A stretch of DNA of 64,000 bases from NCBI GenBank assembly GCA_026770705.1, contig JANJGN010000008.1, forward strand, positions 50,220,001 through 50,284,000, read 5' to 3'. The notes below the pieces were generated by a model that worked only from the letters and a program-made list of their open reading frames with translations, made no database searches and was not told where the DNA came from. The position numbers and the translations under genes were made by a program. The stretch's first letter is position 1. Every line of letters begins with the position of its first letter. Source of the stretch: Isurus oxyrinchus (Eukaryota). Positions 40,101 to 55,100 of this stretch are shown here, one piece after another.

Positions 40101-43100
40101 TGCTCAAGCTCTACTACCAAGTGACAACAAAATATTGTGCAAGTGAAATCACCTAACATTATGGTGTTTCTCATTCTTAAAATATAATTTAAGCTTGGCA
40201 GGGAAATGATTAAACCATCAACCAAATCTGAAAGACCACTAGGATCGTATCCCTTTTGAGTAACCATGCAGGCAACATGCAGCTCCTGTCTTCCCTGGGC
40301 CTATGTACAAGGCTAGTATCAGCTAATGCATAACAAAGAAGCATTGCTAATAGAGTGGTCCAGGAACAAGACTAAAAAAGCTCACGGGCACCAGGTCAGG
40401 GAGTAAAAACAGAAAATGCTGGAAAAACTAAGGAGGTCTAGCAACATGGAGAAAGAAAGAGTTAAAATTTCTACTCTGTATGACTGTTCTTCAGAGCTAA
40501 AGAGAAGTAGAAATGTGAAGGATTTCACACTGTTTAACAGGGGGGGTGGAACAAAACAGGTCAGGGATAGGTGGAAGCTAAGGAGAAATTTGACAAAGAT
40601 GTCATGGGCACAGGACGAAGTGGGTGTTAACGGTAGTGTTAAGGACTAAATGAAGGTGCTTTTAGTGGCTTATGCTGGTCACAACGTACGCATTCTTTAT
40701 TTTACTAAACAGTCAAAATATGGGGAAAGGGCGGGGGGGGGGGGTGCGGCTGGGTGGTGAACAGACCACAAATTTACCTTGCGGAAAGCTGCCATAAGAG
40801 GTGTGATTTTCCTGTTGTCTGCTGCATCCACATCAGCACCAGCCTGCACCAACAACTGGACCACATCAAAATGCCCACCATTTGCTGCCAGCCATAAAGG
40901 CGTGTTACCTTTCTTGTTGCGAACATCAATGTGAGCCCCTCTGCAGAATGCAAACAAAAATCAATGATTTTGACTGTACTTTCACAGGACCTTAATGAAA
41001 TCATATTATAAGGACTCATTTTGAGTAAAATATATTCAAATGATTAAAATACCTGTTTATCAGCAGTTCACAAAATTTATAGTGACCTTTATCTGCTGCA
41101 ATGGTTAAAGCTGTATCACGTGAAGAAGGCACTGGTGGTGCATTGACATCAGCACCTTTGTCGAGCAGAACCCTCCCCACCTCAGCATATCCTCCAGAGG
41201 CAGCTTCCATTAAAGGTGTAAGACCAGTCTAAATATAAACAGATTAAATTGCTCATTTATAAATTGCATCAATTTTTTCTGCGGTGTAAAAGGGTTTTAG
41301 AATAATTCCTAAATATTTAACATGCTCCACTATATAGAATGCAAGTGATCAATGTGCTATCCTAGAAGTCTTAAAAACAACCATTTATATAGTCGTCAAA
41401 AACACCTTAAATAATTCACATTTGAAGTGCTTCAAGTTTTGTGGCTTATGTAGATGAGTACAGCAGACGTGCTGCAATAGCAACATTCTACAAACAACAA
41501 GACGAATGACCAATTTATTTATTTATTTAGTTAGTAGTAATTGAGAAAGGGATTTTGGCAAAGCACCAGGCCTCCCTCATTATCTTCTGAGTGCTGTCAC
41601 ACGATTGTTAACATCTACCTGAACTGGCAGACAGGACTCATTAGTATTACAGGTGAAGAACAGTACTTCAAATGACGGAGCATTTTAATGCTGTGCTTTC
41701 TCAGTATTTCATTGACGTTTGTGAACAAAAGACGTTTGTCAATTCACAGCATTCAAGTCTGATATATATAATAGGCAAACCTTTTCAGTTTTTTCCATTA
41801 TAAATCTCTATGTACACAAGTTTATTCAAAGCTGCCTACATAAACTTGTCACATCCAGTAGAAGCTCTTCAGCACTAAATTCCTAAGTCCATATTCCTGA
41901 TGAAAATATTAAGGACAGAATGCATGACTTAGAAATAGAGGTCAAGTTATGTCTGTCCAGATTGGTCCAATTAACTGCTACCTTCTAACCTCATTCCACC
42001 AGAAGTTGAGGATTTCGGGATGTGCAGACTTTACAAAATATAAGATTCTACAAAATTTAAAAACAATCCCAACCAAGTGGAAACTGGACTAAGAACAACA
42101 GAACAGAAGTTTTGACAGGGATATTTTGAAAACCACCCAACAGCCCAAGGGTATCTTGTTTCATATCTTCTCAAGCGCCCTCCCACTGCTGGTACTACAA
42201 TTCTTCTGTCACATTCTCTCCCCTCCCAATGATCTTCTTTGGCACAGGATCCACTTTGGTGTTTAACTGCTGCTCCCAGCATACATCTTTCTACGTACAT
42301 ATACATTTACATCATACAAACAACATCCAACCATAACTTACCACTTCTCTCGACTTCTTCACTGTTGCTAAATTATCAGTCTACTTATCTGACATACAGT
42401 ACTAGATGAGCAGAAATCTTCTACAATTAAGTATTGGAAAGGCACAAGCCATTGTTTTTAGACCCCGTTCCATTCCCAACTACCAATTCCCACCCTCTCC
42501 CTGGCAACAATCCGAAATCTGTGCGCAATCCTGTTGTTATCTTTGATCCTGAGGTGATCTTCCAACCATGTATTTGCACTATCACTAAAACCATCTATTT
42601 CCACCTCCATAACATCGTTCAACTCCACCTGTCACAGCTCATATGCTGCTGAAACCTTCGTGCCTGCCTTTGTTACCTCTAGGCACAATTGTTCCAACAC
42701 ATTCCTGGCTGGTCTCCCACATTCTACCCTCTGTAAACTTAGGTCATCCAAAACTACTGCCCATGTCACAGCAAGTCCCGTTCCCTTATCACCCCTGTGC
42801 TCACTGACCTACATTGGCTCCTGGTCAAGCAATATCTAGATTTCAAAATTCTCATCCTTGTTTTCAAATCTCTCTACAGCTTTGCTCCTCCAACCCTACA
42901 ACCCTCCAAGATATCTGCGCTCCGCTAATTTTGGCCTCTTGTGCGTTTCCTATCATAATTGTTCCACCACTGGTCGCCATATCTTCAGTTGCCAAGGACC
43001 CAAGCTCTGGAATTCCTCCCTGCACCTCTCTGTCTCACTTTCCTCCTTGAAGACACTTAAAACCTATTTCTTAGACCAAGTTTTATGTACAGCTTTACTT

Positions 43101-46100
43101 TTCATTTTAAAAATGTTTCACTCTAAGTTTGTATTCCTTATAGCTCTGGTTTGTTTTTTGTCCCACTTCTGTTGCTTGTGTTTCATTAAGTCCTCTTTCA
43201 TTTCTGCTTGCACTCCTTAGTTTCCACATTTCCTGCCTGTTCCCTAGCACTGAGTTGGAAAACAGGATTTGTGTTCTCCCTGCTACTTCAGCTAGTGACC
43301 CTAGCTTTGAATGAGAAGCAGCAGGATTAGTGGAGTGCAGGAAAACGAATTGGGACTTGAAGACTGATCCACTCCAACCAGAGGAAAGTACATACCCACA
43401 AACCATGTAATAGTCTAGTGGTCTAAACAAAGAAGCCTGATTTACCACTGCAATAAAGTTAATGGGATATGTGAAACAAATTCAAATGCAACGGAAGCAG
43501 TGTGGCATGGGGAGAATTTTCTCCATCGGGTGGACGCGCAGCTGATCATTGTCCACAATCGGCTGTGCGCTGTCATTTTACATGGGCGGGCCAATTAAGG
43601 CCCGCCCAGCATGACACGCACCCAGAAGCACTGAGCACTCCCTGGGGGTTTGGGGGGGGGGGGGAAGAGAGGAGGAGGTGGAGGAGGAGGATGAAGATGA
43701 GGATGAGGAGGGAGGAGAGAGAGTCAGGGCCTGTGCTGTTCCTCACATGCACGTGAAATAGCGCAGAAATCTCCGTGGCACAGAGCTGCCTCAGGGAGAT
43801 TATTTCAATTTTTCATAAGCGAAGTAAAGATAGAAAAAATTATTCAGACATGTCCCCTATGTGACAAGTGTCGCATGAGGTGGGACATGTCAATGAATTT
43901 TAATAAAATTTATTACGTTTATAAACCCTTCATGAAACCTCAGACCGCCTGTGCTCTTCGCCTGCCTGCCAACCTTAAGGTTGGATGGGCAGCCCTGTTA
44001 ATTATCTCAATTGCTATTTAAATGGCCTTAATAGGCCTTTGACAGTTCGGCGGGTGCGCAGCCAATTCCAGTGCACACCCGCTGAACTGAAGGTCGGAAT
44101 GACGCACGGTGACATCGGGACGCACGCCCACCGCCACTGCGTGTCATTTAATGCGTTGGTGAGCGGGGCCCGCCCCCACAAGCCAACCAGAAGATTCAGG
44201 CCATAATAATTGTAACAAAATGAAGTGTTACAGGAAGAGTCACACTGACAGGGAAGTTCACACATATACAAAATTAATTGCAGTTAGCTCCAAAAATAAT
44301 CAGAAACTGTTATAATCAAATGAATATGTGCAACCTGTGCTGTATATAGTTGAAATAAATTAGTGAGGGGAGTACTGAAGTCAAATATACTTGCTAAAAT
44401 ATTGATCTTTTAGTATAATATATTTTAAGCTTGCAGGGGTTGTCCTTTACACATTTGTTTTAATAATCAACGAAATGGTATTACCTTTGCTCTGTGCTCA
44501 ACATTTGCCTTCCTATCCAACAGCAGGCTGACAACTTCTGCTCGGCCTTGGAAACAGGCCAGAGTTAGGGCAGTGTTTCTATTGGTCTCAATCTGGGCAT
44601 TGATGTCAGAGCCCATATCAAGCAGCAGTTTCACTGATGCCACATGGCCATTCATAGCAGCTAACATCAAAGGAGAAATCCCCAGTTTGCTTCCCGTCCT
44701 GCAACAGAATAAACATTTTATGAATTTTACAAAGTCTGCTTAAATTGCATTGTGACATGGACAATATAGCAAAATTAGCACTTGGGTATGTCTGAAGGTG
44801 GTTCCTAACTGGTGAGAAAACCCTTAATTAAGAATGATGAAAGAGGGAGGAAAGGAAGCTGAAAAGCTAAAACTAAATCAAAATTCCTTAATTCTTTTGT
44901 GCTTCTTTCCCTGTTGCCTATCAAATTAACTGCAACCTTATACACTGACATTCATGCAAAGCATATAATGTCGTCAGACTAAGAAACTGGGCTCAAACAT
45001 TGAATAATTCAAATCCATTTTGAAATTAAATGTCACACAACAAAATATAACAACTTCACTGCATTCATGCTTTACTTGGAGTACTTCCATATAGGCATAA
45101 AGTAAATTCATCAAGGGCATACTTGTAGCTGTCCCAAGTCATGATCAAAACACATTAGAAAATGACAGGTTGTGGCCAGTATCAAGTAATTAAAAGTCAT
45201 CTCAATAATTTCTGGTTTTGCCTTTGTGATCACCTTGAAAATTAGAGGGAAGATATAAAGGAATCTCCCCATTCATGCAGGCAAGTCATGTTATGGTTAT
45301 TTCCAAACAGTCCATTTTAAGAATATACTGATTATATCTACAATGTGTCTGTGTTGAACTTAATATAATGCTGTCTTATGCTGACGCTTGCTTATCTGAA
45401 TATGCATTAAAATTAACTCTTATAGAGCCAGAATTTGATGAATCAAACAACAGGTGAATGATATATGCTGTTATTAATGTGCAAATTAGCCAGCAACTTA
45501 TGGCAAGGAGAAGATGCCCTGTGAACTGTCACAAGTTTCTGGACGATTTGCATCACTCCACTGTTAACATCACAAAAAACAGCATTTCGTGCTTAACCTC
45601 TTCAGGTTCATGAAGTTGCTGCATTGGCAAATTAGTTGCCTACTAAATTCACCACAGTAAGATCAATCTAGCTACAAATAGTGCAAGCACCCTTTAAATT
45701 ACACTACATTTATTGATGGCCAATCAATCTCTAACCCAGAAAGTAAACAATTAGAAGTGTGGAGTCTCATTCCTTCTGGTCGTGAATTGTTGTTGGAGAT
45801 TTTAAAAATGTTAACATTTTAAATTCCTTTTCACCTTTCCTTTCTCTTTTTCACTCTTAATATAATCTTTCTTTCCCCCCTTATTTTCCTTTGTATATGA
45901 TCTGACATTGAATTCACCCACTCTAATTAGCCCTCCTCTTTAGTCTTTCCTCTGTTGATTTCTCGATCTTTAAAATCACATTGGTTGAGATACATTTTTG
46001 ATCCTGTTGGTCCCAAGGTCACAGGTGCCCTGATGCCATTGCTGAGCCATTACGAGTTCGCACTTACAGCAATTTATAAGGCAAAACATTTTTTTCTGAT

Positions 46101-49100
46101 CTCTTCAGTTCAAAACTCTAGCTAATCAGGCACACTCTAGCAAATTCAGGCCCATTGTATCTACATATTTCTATGTTCATTTTATTAATTTTTGGTGAGA
46201 ACATTTGCAGGGTTGAGGAGAGAATAGATGGATTGAAGCCAATGCTGTTGAGACCTCAGCTTTAAATAAGAGATCAACATCGAAACAAAGGTTAATGATC
46301 AAGAGATAGGTATGATTCTACTTGACAGTCAGATATTTTGACCATGTGACAACAACATGGAACATTTCTGGGTATACATGCTAGATCTTCATCAAGCCAT
46401 TTATTAGCTGTAATACCTGGAATTAATTTCTGCTCCAGCATTCAGAAGGATCTTTATGATGTTAACATAGCCGCCAGAAGCAGCAAGACTGAGAGGTGTA
46501 TAGTCTGAAACATTGCGATGCTCTTTGTTTGCACCACGGGCCAACAGCAGCTCCACGACCTTAAATCAAGAAACAAATGAAAAATGTTTGGGTATGAATT
46601 TAAAGTAAAAATAATGAAAATTTTATTAAACTGTTTATATCATCATTCTGCAATTATGACTCCATACTTGATAGGATATTATGCAGACAAGGTACATATG
46701 AAAAGCTAAAAACTTAAATTGCCCTATGGTTCTACTTGCTTTGAAATTTAGTATCAACATTTGTGATCAATGCCATGACAAAAGGTTGACCATCAATGAC
46801 CATTATTGCAATAGACCATTGTAACTATGCTCTGATGAAATTACATAAAATATATTCAAGAGGAATAGCTTACTGAACTTAGGAACAAAGGAACATTTGT
46901 TTGGCCATTCAACGAGACCATGGCTAAATCTGTGAATTAACTCCATATATCCCTTTATACCTTGCAATAACAAAAATCTATCAATCACAGATTTAAATCA
47001 TAATCACAGATTATAATTGATCTAACATCAACTGTCATTTGTGAAAGAGTTCCAAACTTGTACCTGTGTGTGTAGAAGTGTTTCCTAATTTCACGACTGA
47101 AAAGATCTGGCTTTAATTTTTAGATCATGGCTCCCAGTCCTAGAGTCCCAACCAGCAGAAATAATTTCTATCCATCTATCTGTTCCCCTTAATATCTTGG
47201 CAAATTCAATAAAATCATCTCTTCACCTTCAAATTTTCCAAGATCATCAACCTTAGTTTGCATAATCTCCCCTAATAATTTGACCCTTGGAGTCCAAGTA
47301 ACATTTTCATAAATCTAGACTAAACTCTGTCAAAGGCAAATATAACCTTCCTAAGATGTAGTGCCCAGAACTGCCCCCAGGTGCAATCTAACTTGGGCCT
47401 TGTAAAGCTGAAGCATGACTTCTGCCTCCTTTTTTCTCATTCTCTAGAGATGTAGTGGCTAGCATTCCATTAGCCTTTTTGATTATTTTCTCTACCTGTT
47501 CACGACATTTTAGGATCTGTGTAGATGGATATTTCACATTTAGAAAGTAGCCTGTTAATTCCTTTTAACAAATCTCCAATTTGCTTATATTGAAATCCAT
47601 TTGTCAGTTTTGCCCACTTAACCTATCAATATCTCTAATTTTAGGTTTCCATCTACATTGCATGCAACACTGCATATTTGTGTCATTGACAAATTTGGAT
47701 GTGTTATACCATCATATAAGTCATGAATAAATATGGTGAATAATTGAGACGCAAAACAGATCCTAGCACACCCCTAATCACATGCCACAAATTACAATGC
47801 CAGCCCAGTATTCCTACCCTCTGTCTCCTTCCGCTCAGCCAATTTCTTAACCAGGTCAATAATTTGCCATCATTCCACAGGCTTCAACTTTAGCTAAGTC
47901 TATCGGGGACATTGCCAAATGCCTTTTGTAAGACCATATAAATAAAATACATAGGCATTTCTCAGTCCATCATTTTAATCACCTTTTCAAAAAAAAAATT
48001 CAAACCAGATTCGTCAGGCATGACCTCTTTAAAATCTATGCTGGCTCTCTATTTAACAACTGTTTCAAAATCTTAGTGGTTACTTCAATAGAGGTTAATG
48101 GTTGATAAAATGAATCAAGAAATATTCACAACACTGACATTTTATACTTCTATTTAACCACCATTACAGAATAGTTAACCAGGAAGGTTTCTCACCTCTT
48201 GCCTTCCTCCAGAACAAGCCAATGACAATGGCGTATCCTTGGTGCGTTCAGATTGTGCTTCAATATCTGCACCTTTGTCCAATAGAATTTCTACAACCCC
48301 AACGTGACCAGCTGTAGCAGCCAAAATAAGTGGAGTAAAACCTAATGGGAAGAAAAATAGATAAGCATTTTAACAGACTAATTAAATAGATCACATTTAA
48401 ATGAATATAATGATCAACATGTGACATTAGAGTGGTTAATAAAAATGGATCTCCACTCCGACTTCTTGATTTCAGCAATGCAGTGGTGGGGGGCACCAAA
48501 TGCATATAAACAGAGGATCTTTGCTGGGTTGCTGTAGGACCTTTTTTTTTAAGCAGTGATCCTCTTTTGATTTTCCCTCAAGTAGTAAACAACTTCTGGA
48601 TGTCATTAGATCAGTTCAGGGAATAAATATACTGCAAGGTTCAATACCAAGGCACACAAATAACAATCTAATTCTTTACATTGGTCATCGCACCTCAATT
48701 AGGTAGCAATATTTTGCTGACCATTACATTAATTAAGGGCAGGTTAGTCAACAATAACGATCCCCTATATAATGTTTTAAAAATATTAATTTGTTTGAAT
48801 GAAAATGCTGAAATCTTACAGGTGTTTTAAATTCACTTTTGAACTTAGCCTTTAAATGTCCATTTAATATACAGGAGACCCCATAATCCACATCTGCCAA
48901 TCAGTAATGAAGTTTACACTTACCCATTTTGTAAGCCTCCATACAAAGCAGAGAGCTTGAATACTAACTTTACCAACTAGCTATCTAGTTATACTAAACT
49001 CTGGACTTCTCAAACCACAATGCTAAGATTTGCTTAGCAATGCAATAATGAAAATGGCTCTCTACCTCCAAAAGGGTTAGATGGGTGCAAAATAGATATA

Positions 49101-52100
49101 GATGAAATTAATACAGTATTTTAACCGAGAAATATAGGGAACAAACCTATCCCAAACTACATAGATGAGTAACCAGTGCTGTTTCTAAAGAAAGTGGTGA
49201 TTTCTATAGACAATTCTGGAGACAATGACCCTTGGTAACACACGCAGAACACCTGAAGTGGTCACGTTTGCTGAGTATTGGTTGATCAGTTAAGAAATTC
49301 ACTCTGCGCAGCCCTATAAGGCAGCTCTGTGCTCATTGAAAGTGATAAAATATGATTACATGGTGAGATAAAGTAAGGTGGAAAGAAAATAATGTGGAGC
49401 ATAAACATCTGTATGGATCTGTTTGGTCAAATGGCATGCTTGCATGCTATAAAGAAATCAAGAAAGTGTACATATTTGGCCCATGCTTCCTATCTTGCCC
49501 CATCCCCCAGTACAGAAGATATGGTGGTCAGATTCATAGCTGCAAATGAATATCCCAATTACTCAAAAGCAAGTAACACAAGGGACAGTAGCATAGTGGT
49601 AATGTTACTGGACTAGTAATCACTCGCCTGGACTAATGCTCCATACTCTCAGATACAAATCCCACCATGACAGCTGAGGAAATTTAAATTCAATTAATAA
49701 GTCTGGAATGAAATAATCTCATTAATAATGATCAGGGAATTACTGGGATTCCAGTAAAAAACCCACCTGGCTCATTAATGTCCTTTAGTGGAGGATATCC
49801 ACCATCCTTACCTGGCCTACATGCAACTCCACAATAATATGGTTGACTCTTAAGTGCCCTCTGTAATGGCATAGCAAGCCGCTACGGGCAAGAAAAAAGC
49901 ACTGTGGGATACCTATTCCACATGGACTGTAGCGAATCAAGGCGGCGGCTCACCACCACCTATTCAAGGACAATTGGGCTCACATCCCAAGAAATATTTT
50001 TAAAAATTGAGAAATTTTAAGGCAGACAAAAAAACTAAAGATGATTAACTCATGAGGAAAACAATCTTCCTGATAAATGGAGCTGCACTCAGTGGATATC
50101 TGTGTACACCAACCCTTCAATTCCTCCCAAAGTCAACCAGGTTTATCCTCGTAGAGTGTGCAACAAGCAATTAATACATTATTTCTCAACACTATCCAAG
50201 GATAAGGTTCCCCATTACACTTGGGTTGCATGTGTACTCAAAAAAGTATACTCATGACTGAACACAGCAGCTTCAAAATCACGTCTTGCATATCTCCATT
50301 AAATGAAAGCTGATCTAAGTGGCAAATTAATGCATACCTTTTTTATCCCGGTGTTCAATATTAGCACCACGAGCTATTAAAACTGAAACAAGTTCTTCGT
50401 GTCCCCCAGCACAAGCCAACGTTAATGCAGTATCGTGGTTGCTCTCGGTCTAAGTAGAAAGACAATGCATTGTGCAATGAAGGTTCAAATCAACTGTATA
50501 ATACAGAAGCAGCCCCACATTCATATATTCAAAAATGTCATTAACATGCATAAAAACAAGAGAATGCAAGAGAGAAGGAGTAGGCAACCGCCACCTTTCG
50601 CTGCCTTGCTGTCATTCAGCAAGACCAAGGCTGACCACCTACGTCAGTTACATCTTCCAGCATGATCCCCATATACCTCGATTCCTGTTGATCCCTGACT
50701 TAAATATACTCAATGACTAAGAACCCACCGCTCTCCGTAGTAGCAAATTAGAAAGGTTCATAGCCCTCAGAGTGAAGAAATTTCTCATCTCAGTCATAAC
50801 TAGTTGACCCCTCATTTTGAGTCTGTGACCCCTAGTTCTAGTTCTCCCCGAGCAAGGGGAAACATCCTCCCAGCATCTATCCTATCAAGCCCCTTAAAAA
50901 CTTCATATGTTCAATGGGATCACCTCTTATCCTCCTGAACTCTAGGGAGGATAGGCCTAGTCTACTCAATCTTCCTTCAAAGCATAATCCTCTCATCCCA
51001 GGATTCAGTCCAGTGAATTTTTATTGTACTTACTTCAAGGCAAGTATATCCTTCCTTAGATAAGGAGACTAAAACTGCACAAAATAGTCAAGGCATGCTC
51101 TCACCAAGGCCCTATACACATGCAGTAAGACTTCACCATTATAGTCCAACCTCTTCAAATATAACATGCCATTTTCTTTTCTAATCACTTGCTGTACATG
51201 CACATTAACTGTGATTGATATACAGGGACACCCAGATCCCTCTGAAAATTACCAAGTTTCCCGAAAATAACCTATTTACTCCTACTCTGCTTTCCATTGG
51301 TTAATTATTCCTCAATCCATGCTAATATATTACCCCAAGCCCCAATTTTGTGCAATAAACTCTTGCACTGCACTCCATTGAGAAGAAAATCCAAATACAC
51401 TACTTCCACTGCTTCTCCCTCACCCACCCTACTAGCCACATCCTCAAAAATACAGATTTGTCAAACACCATTTCCCTTTCATAAATCTGTGATAGCTCTG
51501 CCCATTTATTCTGTCATTTTCTAAGTGCCCCAAATCATGTCCCTATTGATTCTAGTATTTTCCCTAGTCAATCACGAGACACGCAATCTTGTAAAATGAT
51601 CATCCAAATTCTAGTATCACAAGCATTAACAACTGCATCTAAAATACTGTATAATTCAAAAATATGTTCAATAAATTTCTATTTTGCTATTTCCTGGTGC
51701 ATTACATGCTTACAGAATATTTACCTGTGCATCAATTTCAACTGAAGGGTAGAGGGGCAGCATTGATGAAGGAGAAACAACTGGACTGGGAGTTTGAGTA
51801 CGAGGCTGAGGAGTAGGGGGTGTTGTAGTGTGAGAAGAAGCATTCGGTCCAGAAGGCATTCTACTACTCACTGCTGCAAAACAAAATCGCTTGTCATTTC
51901 CTCAAAACAAGAAAGAACCTCAAGAGTTTTGCTAAATGCATACAACTGACCAAAGCTCAAGCACATTTTGGAAAGTGAGATCATAATTTGAAACAGCACC
52001 TCTTTCAGCGTGTTGCAAATATAACCTAAAATTGAATAATTAAGAAATAAAATCCAAATATCTTTCTGTTTAAGACGTAAGATTGAGATGTTCAAGACAA

Positions 52101-55100
52101 ATTTAACCTAGCTAACAGTGCCTCAGAAAACTGGTCCATTATTATGCCAGTATTTTACAAGACAGCATTACATAACATCGCTAAATAAGGAAGCAACATA
52201 TTTAGGAATTGCAGAAAATTGAAGAATCTCCATTAAAGTAGTTTAATAATTTTGAACTATAGCCCAAGTAGTCTCAAGGATGGCACCCTATTGATCTTAC
52301 TCCTCAAAAGACCCATTAAGTTTCTGAAATGAAAATCTGAGATGATTTTAATTATGAAACCAAAAAGTTGAATATATCAACAAAACTTGCATAATGAAAA
52401 TAAAGAGTATTGATATTCTAACAATAAAGACGTCTTTAAGTTCTACGATAATTGTTCAGTTCCAGGTTTCTTCATTGGTTAAATTGACATGTTAAAGCAT
52501 TCCAGACTAACATTATATATTTTTTAAAAATCACAAAGGAAAACTTCATTCAAAGGATCTTTAAAGCTGCTGCAATTAAAACAATTAGATAATTCACTGC
52601 CCTGAAAACGAGTATTCTAATCAGGAAACAGTCATTTGGAGGACTCTAGGTGGTTTAATGTAAGGAAACCCCAAATCAGGTCATTTTGTGCAACCATCTA
52701 ATTACCGAGGACTCCAGCCAACTGCCAAAATTCATTTAATAACTAATTGTTTAATAGAATAGTTAAAACAAAAGCACCCACTGAAAACTTTAATGAACTG
52801 GCCCTTTTCCATCTGGAGACTGAAAGCACCAGATGGTAGCCTGTCTACTTCAAGATGACTTCATTGCTTCTTGACTACCGAGCAAGAGCATTTAGTGTTG
52901 GACTCCAAGTGGTATACATCATAAAATAAAATGTGCTAGAAATTGTGTCTCCACTCCACAGGGATAAAGGCATAGGGTTGAATTTTTACAGCAGTGATAG
53001 ATTTCAGGAATGTCATATCTTTCCCATTGTGCCAACATTAGGCACTCCAAATCAGCGACGATGAGTTACAGAGTAAAGGGCTCCTTCACTTTGCCCCAAC
53101 TTCACACATATTGTTTTATATTATGCCTGTTAATCAAATTTTGAACATAGAATGCAATCTCCAGCTCATTTGTAAGAGCTAGCTGCCTCAAGAACAAATG
53201 CACCCATTTACTATCCTACATTAAAAAATATTCAACAGGATAGTAAGCTTCACATGTTGCAGGTTTATCCTGTTGAATTAATTCATACAATTTAGAAACA
53301 AAAAATGCATTTATTTTTCTGACCACTGGGATGAAAAAATTACAAGAATTCTTTGATGTAGTTTTCTTCTCAGATGGAAATATTGTTTGGATGGGAAAAT
53401 TTTTTCTCTCATTCCCCACCTCACCTGAAAATAGAAGGTCCAACTAAAGCAGCTTGATTTGTACAATTCATAGGTGCGAGATGTGCAATTGTTGAAATTT
53501 CCAGTTGCTGTCCCAGTGCCATGCATTATTCCTGAAGGTGGTGTGGTAATCTAATCCCAATCTCTGACAACCATCTCTACAACTATGCAAAGGTTAGGTG
53601 CAAAGTGAGTGCAACTCAATTTGTCATTTCCTGCATGATAGGAAAGACACTTCAATAAATTAACATGTAATATTTAACCATGTAATTTTAATATTGAAAA
53701 TATGGGCTCCCACTGAGTCAGTAGGTGGAAGTAACATTTACTGAATTAAACAGACCAAAAAGGCATCAATTTTCACTTTATTATTCATGGGAGTCCAAGC
53801 AGATCACTGCTGGTGGCACTACAATTATACCTCAGCATCCATGAGTATATCATATGTTTGAGTGGCTGGGGCATTGAGGGGGGAGTTTGTGCAGTGAATA
53901 CACAGCTTAATTGAGGAAAAATAGCAAGCAATTTATCATGGCACCCATTTCTAATCACTGCTTGCTGGAAAAGTGCATATTATAGACAGTGGACATCCTT
54001 ATGATGTTCTCGTTGGTCAAACGATGTGCCAATATTTACCATCTTGGTCAGGCTTGAAGAATGGCCACTTAAAGGCATTGAAAGTTCAGCAACTTGGGAG
54101 AATAATCCAGCAGAAATAACTTCTTCCAAAAGCAGTGAGAACATGCTGCCCACCCCTACCGGCATGCATTTAAATTACGAAAATTATGAGTCTCCCCCGC
54201 GTTCCCTCCTCCCCCCCACCCCCGATTTTCTCCCCTTACCTATCAAACTCAGACGATCATATTCTTGAATCCAAGGTTGTGGGTTCATGTGTTCCAGGGT
54301 TTGAACAGATAACCTAAACTGGCACCCAAATATTAAGGATGTGCAACAGTGTTGGAGGTACTGGCTATAAAATGAGATGTACACTCCCTGCGTACATAGA
54401 TGTAAATAGCATTACTTGCTAATAATGCTGCACTTAATCACCAAACGCAAGAAAACTGGTCATTCACCTTATTTGCTGTTTGTGGGAATTTTTTTGTCTA
54501 TATTTGCCTACATTTCAAAAGTAATTCAATGGCTATGAAGGCCTTTTCTCCCAAAACAAACGTTCCACATACTGAAGTTCTTTCCTTCAACGGGATGCCA
54601 AGTCTCCAGTATGTCATCCGAAATGACATGCTTCACCCAAAATGGACAATGACAAATGGCAGGCTATTTGGCCGTGCGGAACTTCACAGCACAGCTCAGC
54701 TCCATCAGAGACTCATTCTACATGTTCAGGTGTGCACTTCCACAATATGGTACTCAATAAGTGGTAGGAATTAGTATCCTGGCTGATTAATACTCTCCTT
54801 TATACAGATTATTACTTCCTTGTTGAGATCAGCAAACTCAGCACAAAACGAGAGGTAAACTTGAGACCTCCCTTTCTCAGCCAACTTGGTTCTACATAAT
54901 ATAAATTTGCCAACTCTGGGGAGGGAAAATAGGGCAAAGCATATGACACCGAGTTCCTTGACTTCAAAAGGTCTCTGATAAAGTGCAACACAAGGTTGCA
55001 AATTAAGCCGCTGGATACAAACTATGAACTAGTTAACCAGCTAAAGGGAGTCAAAGGGAACCAGGTCACAAAGAGAGCAAGAAAATATGGTATGCTAGAG

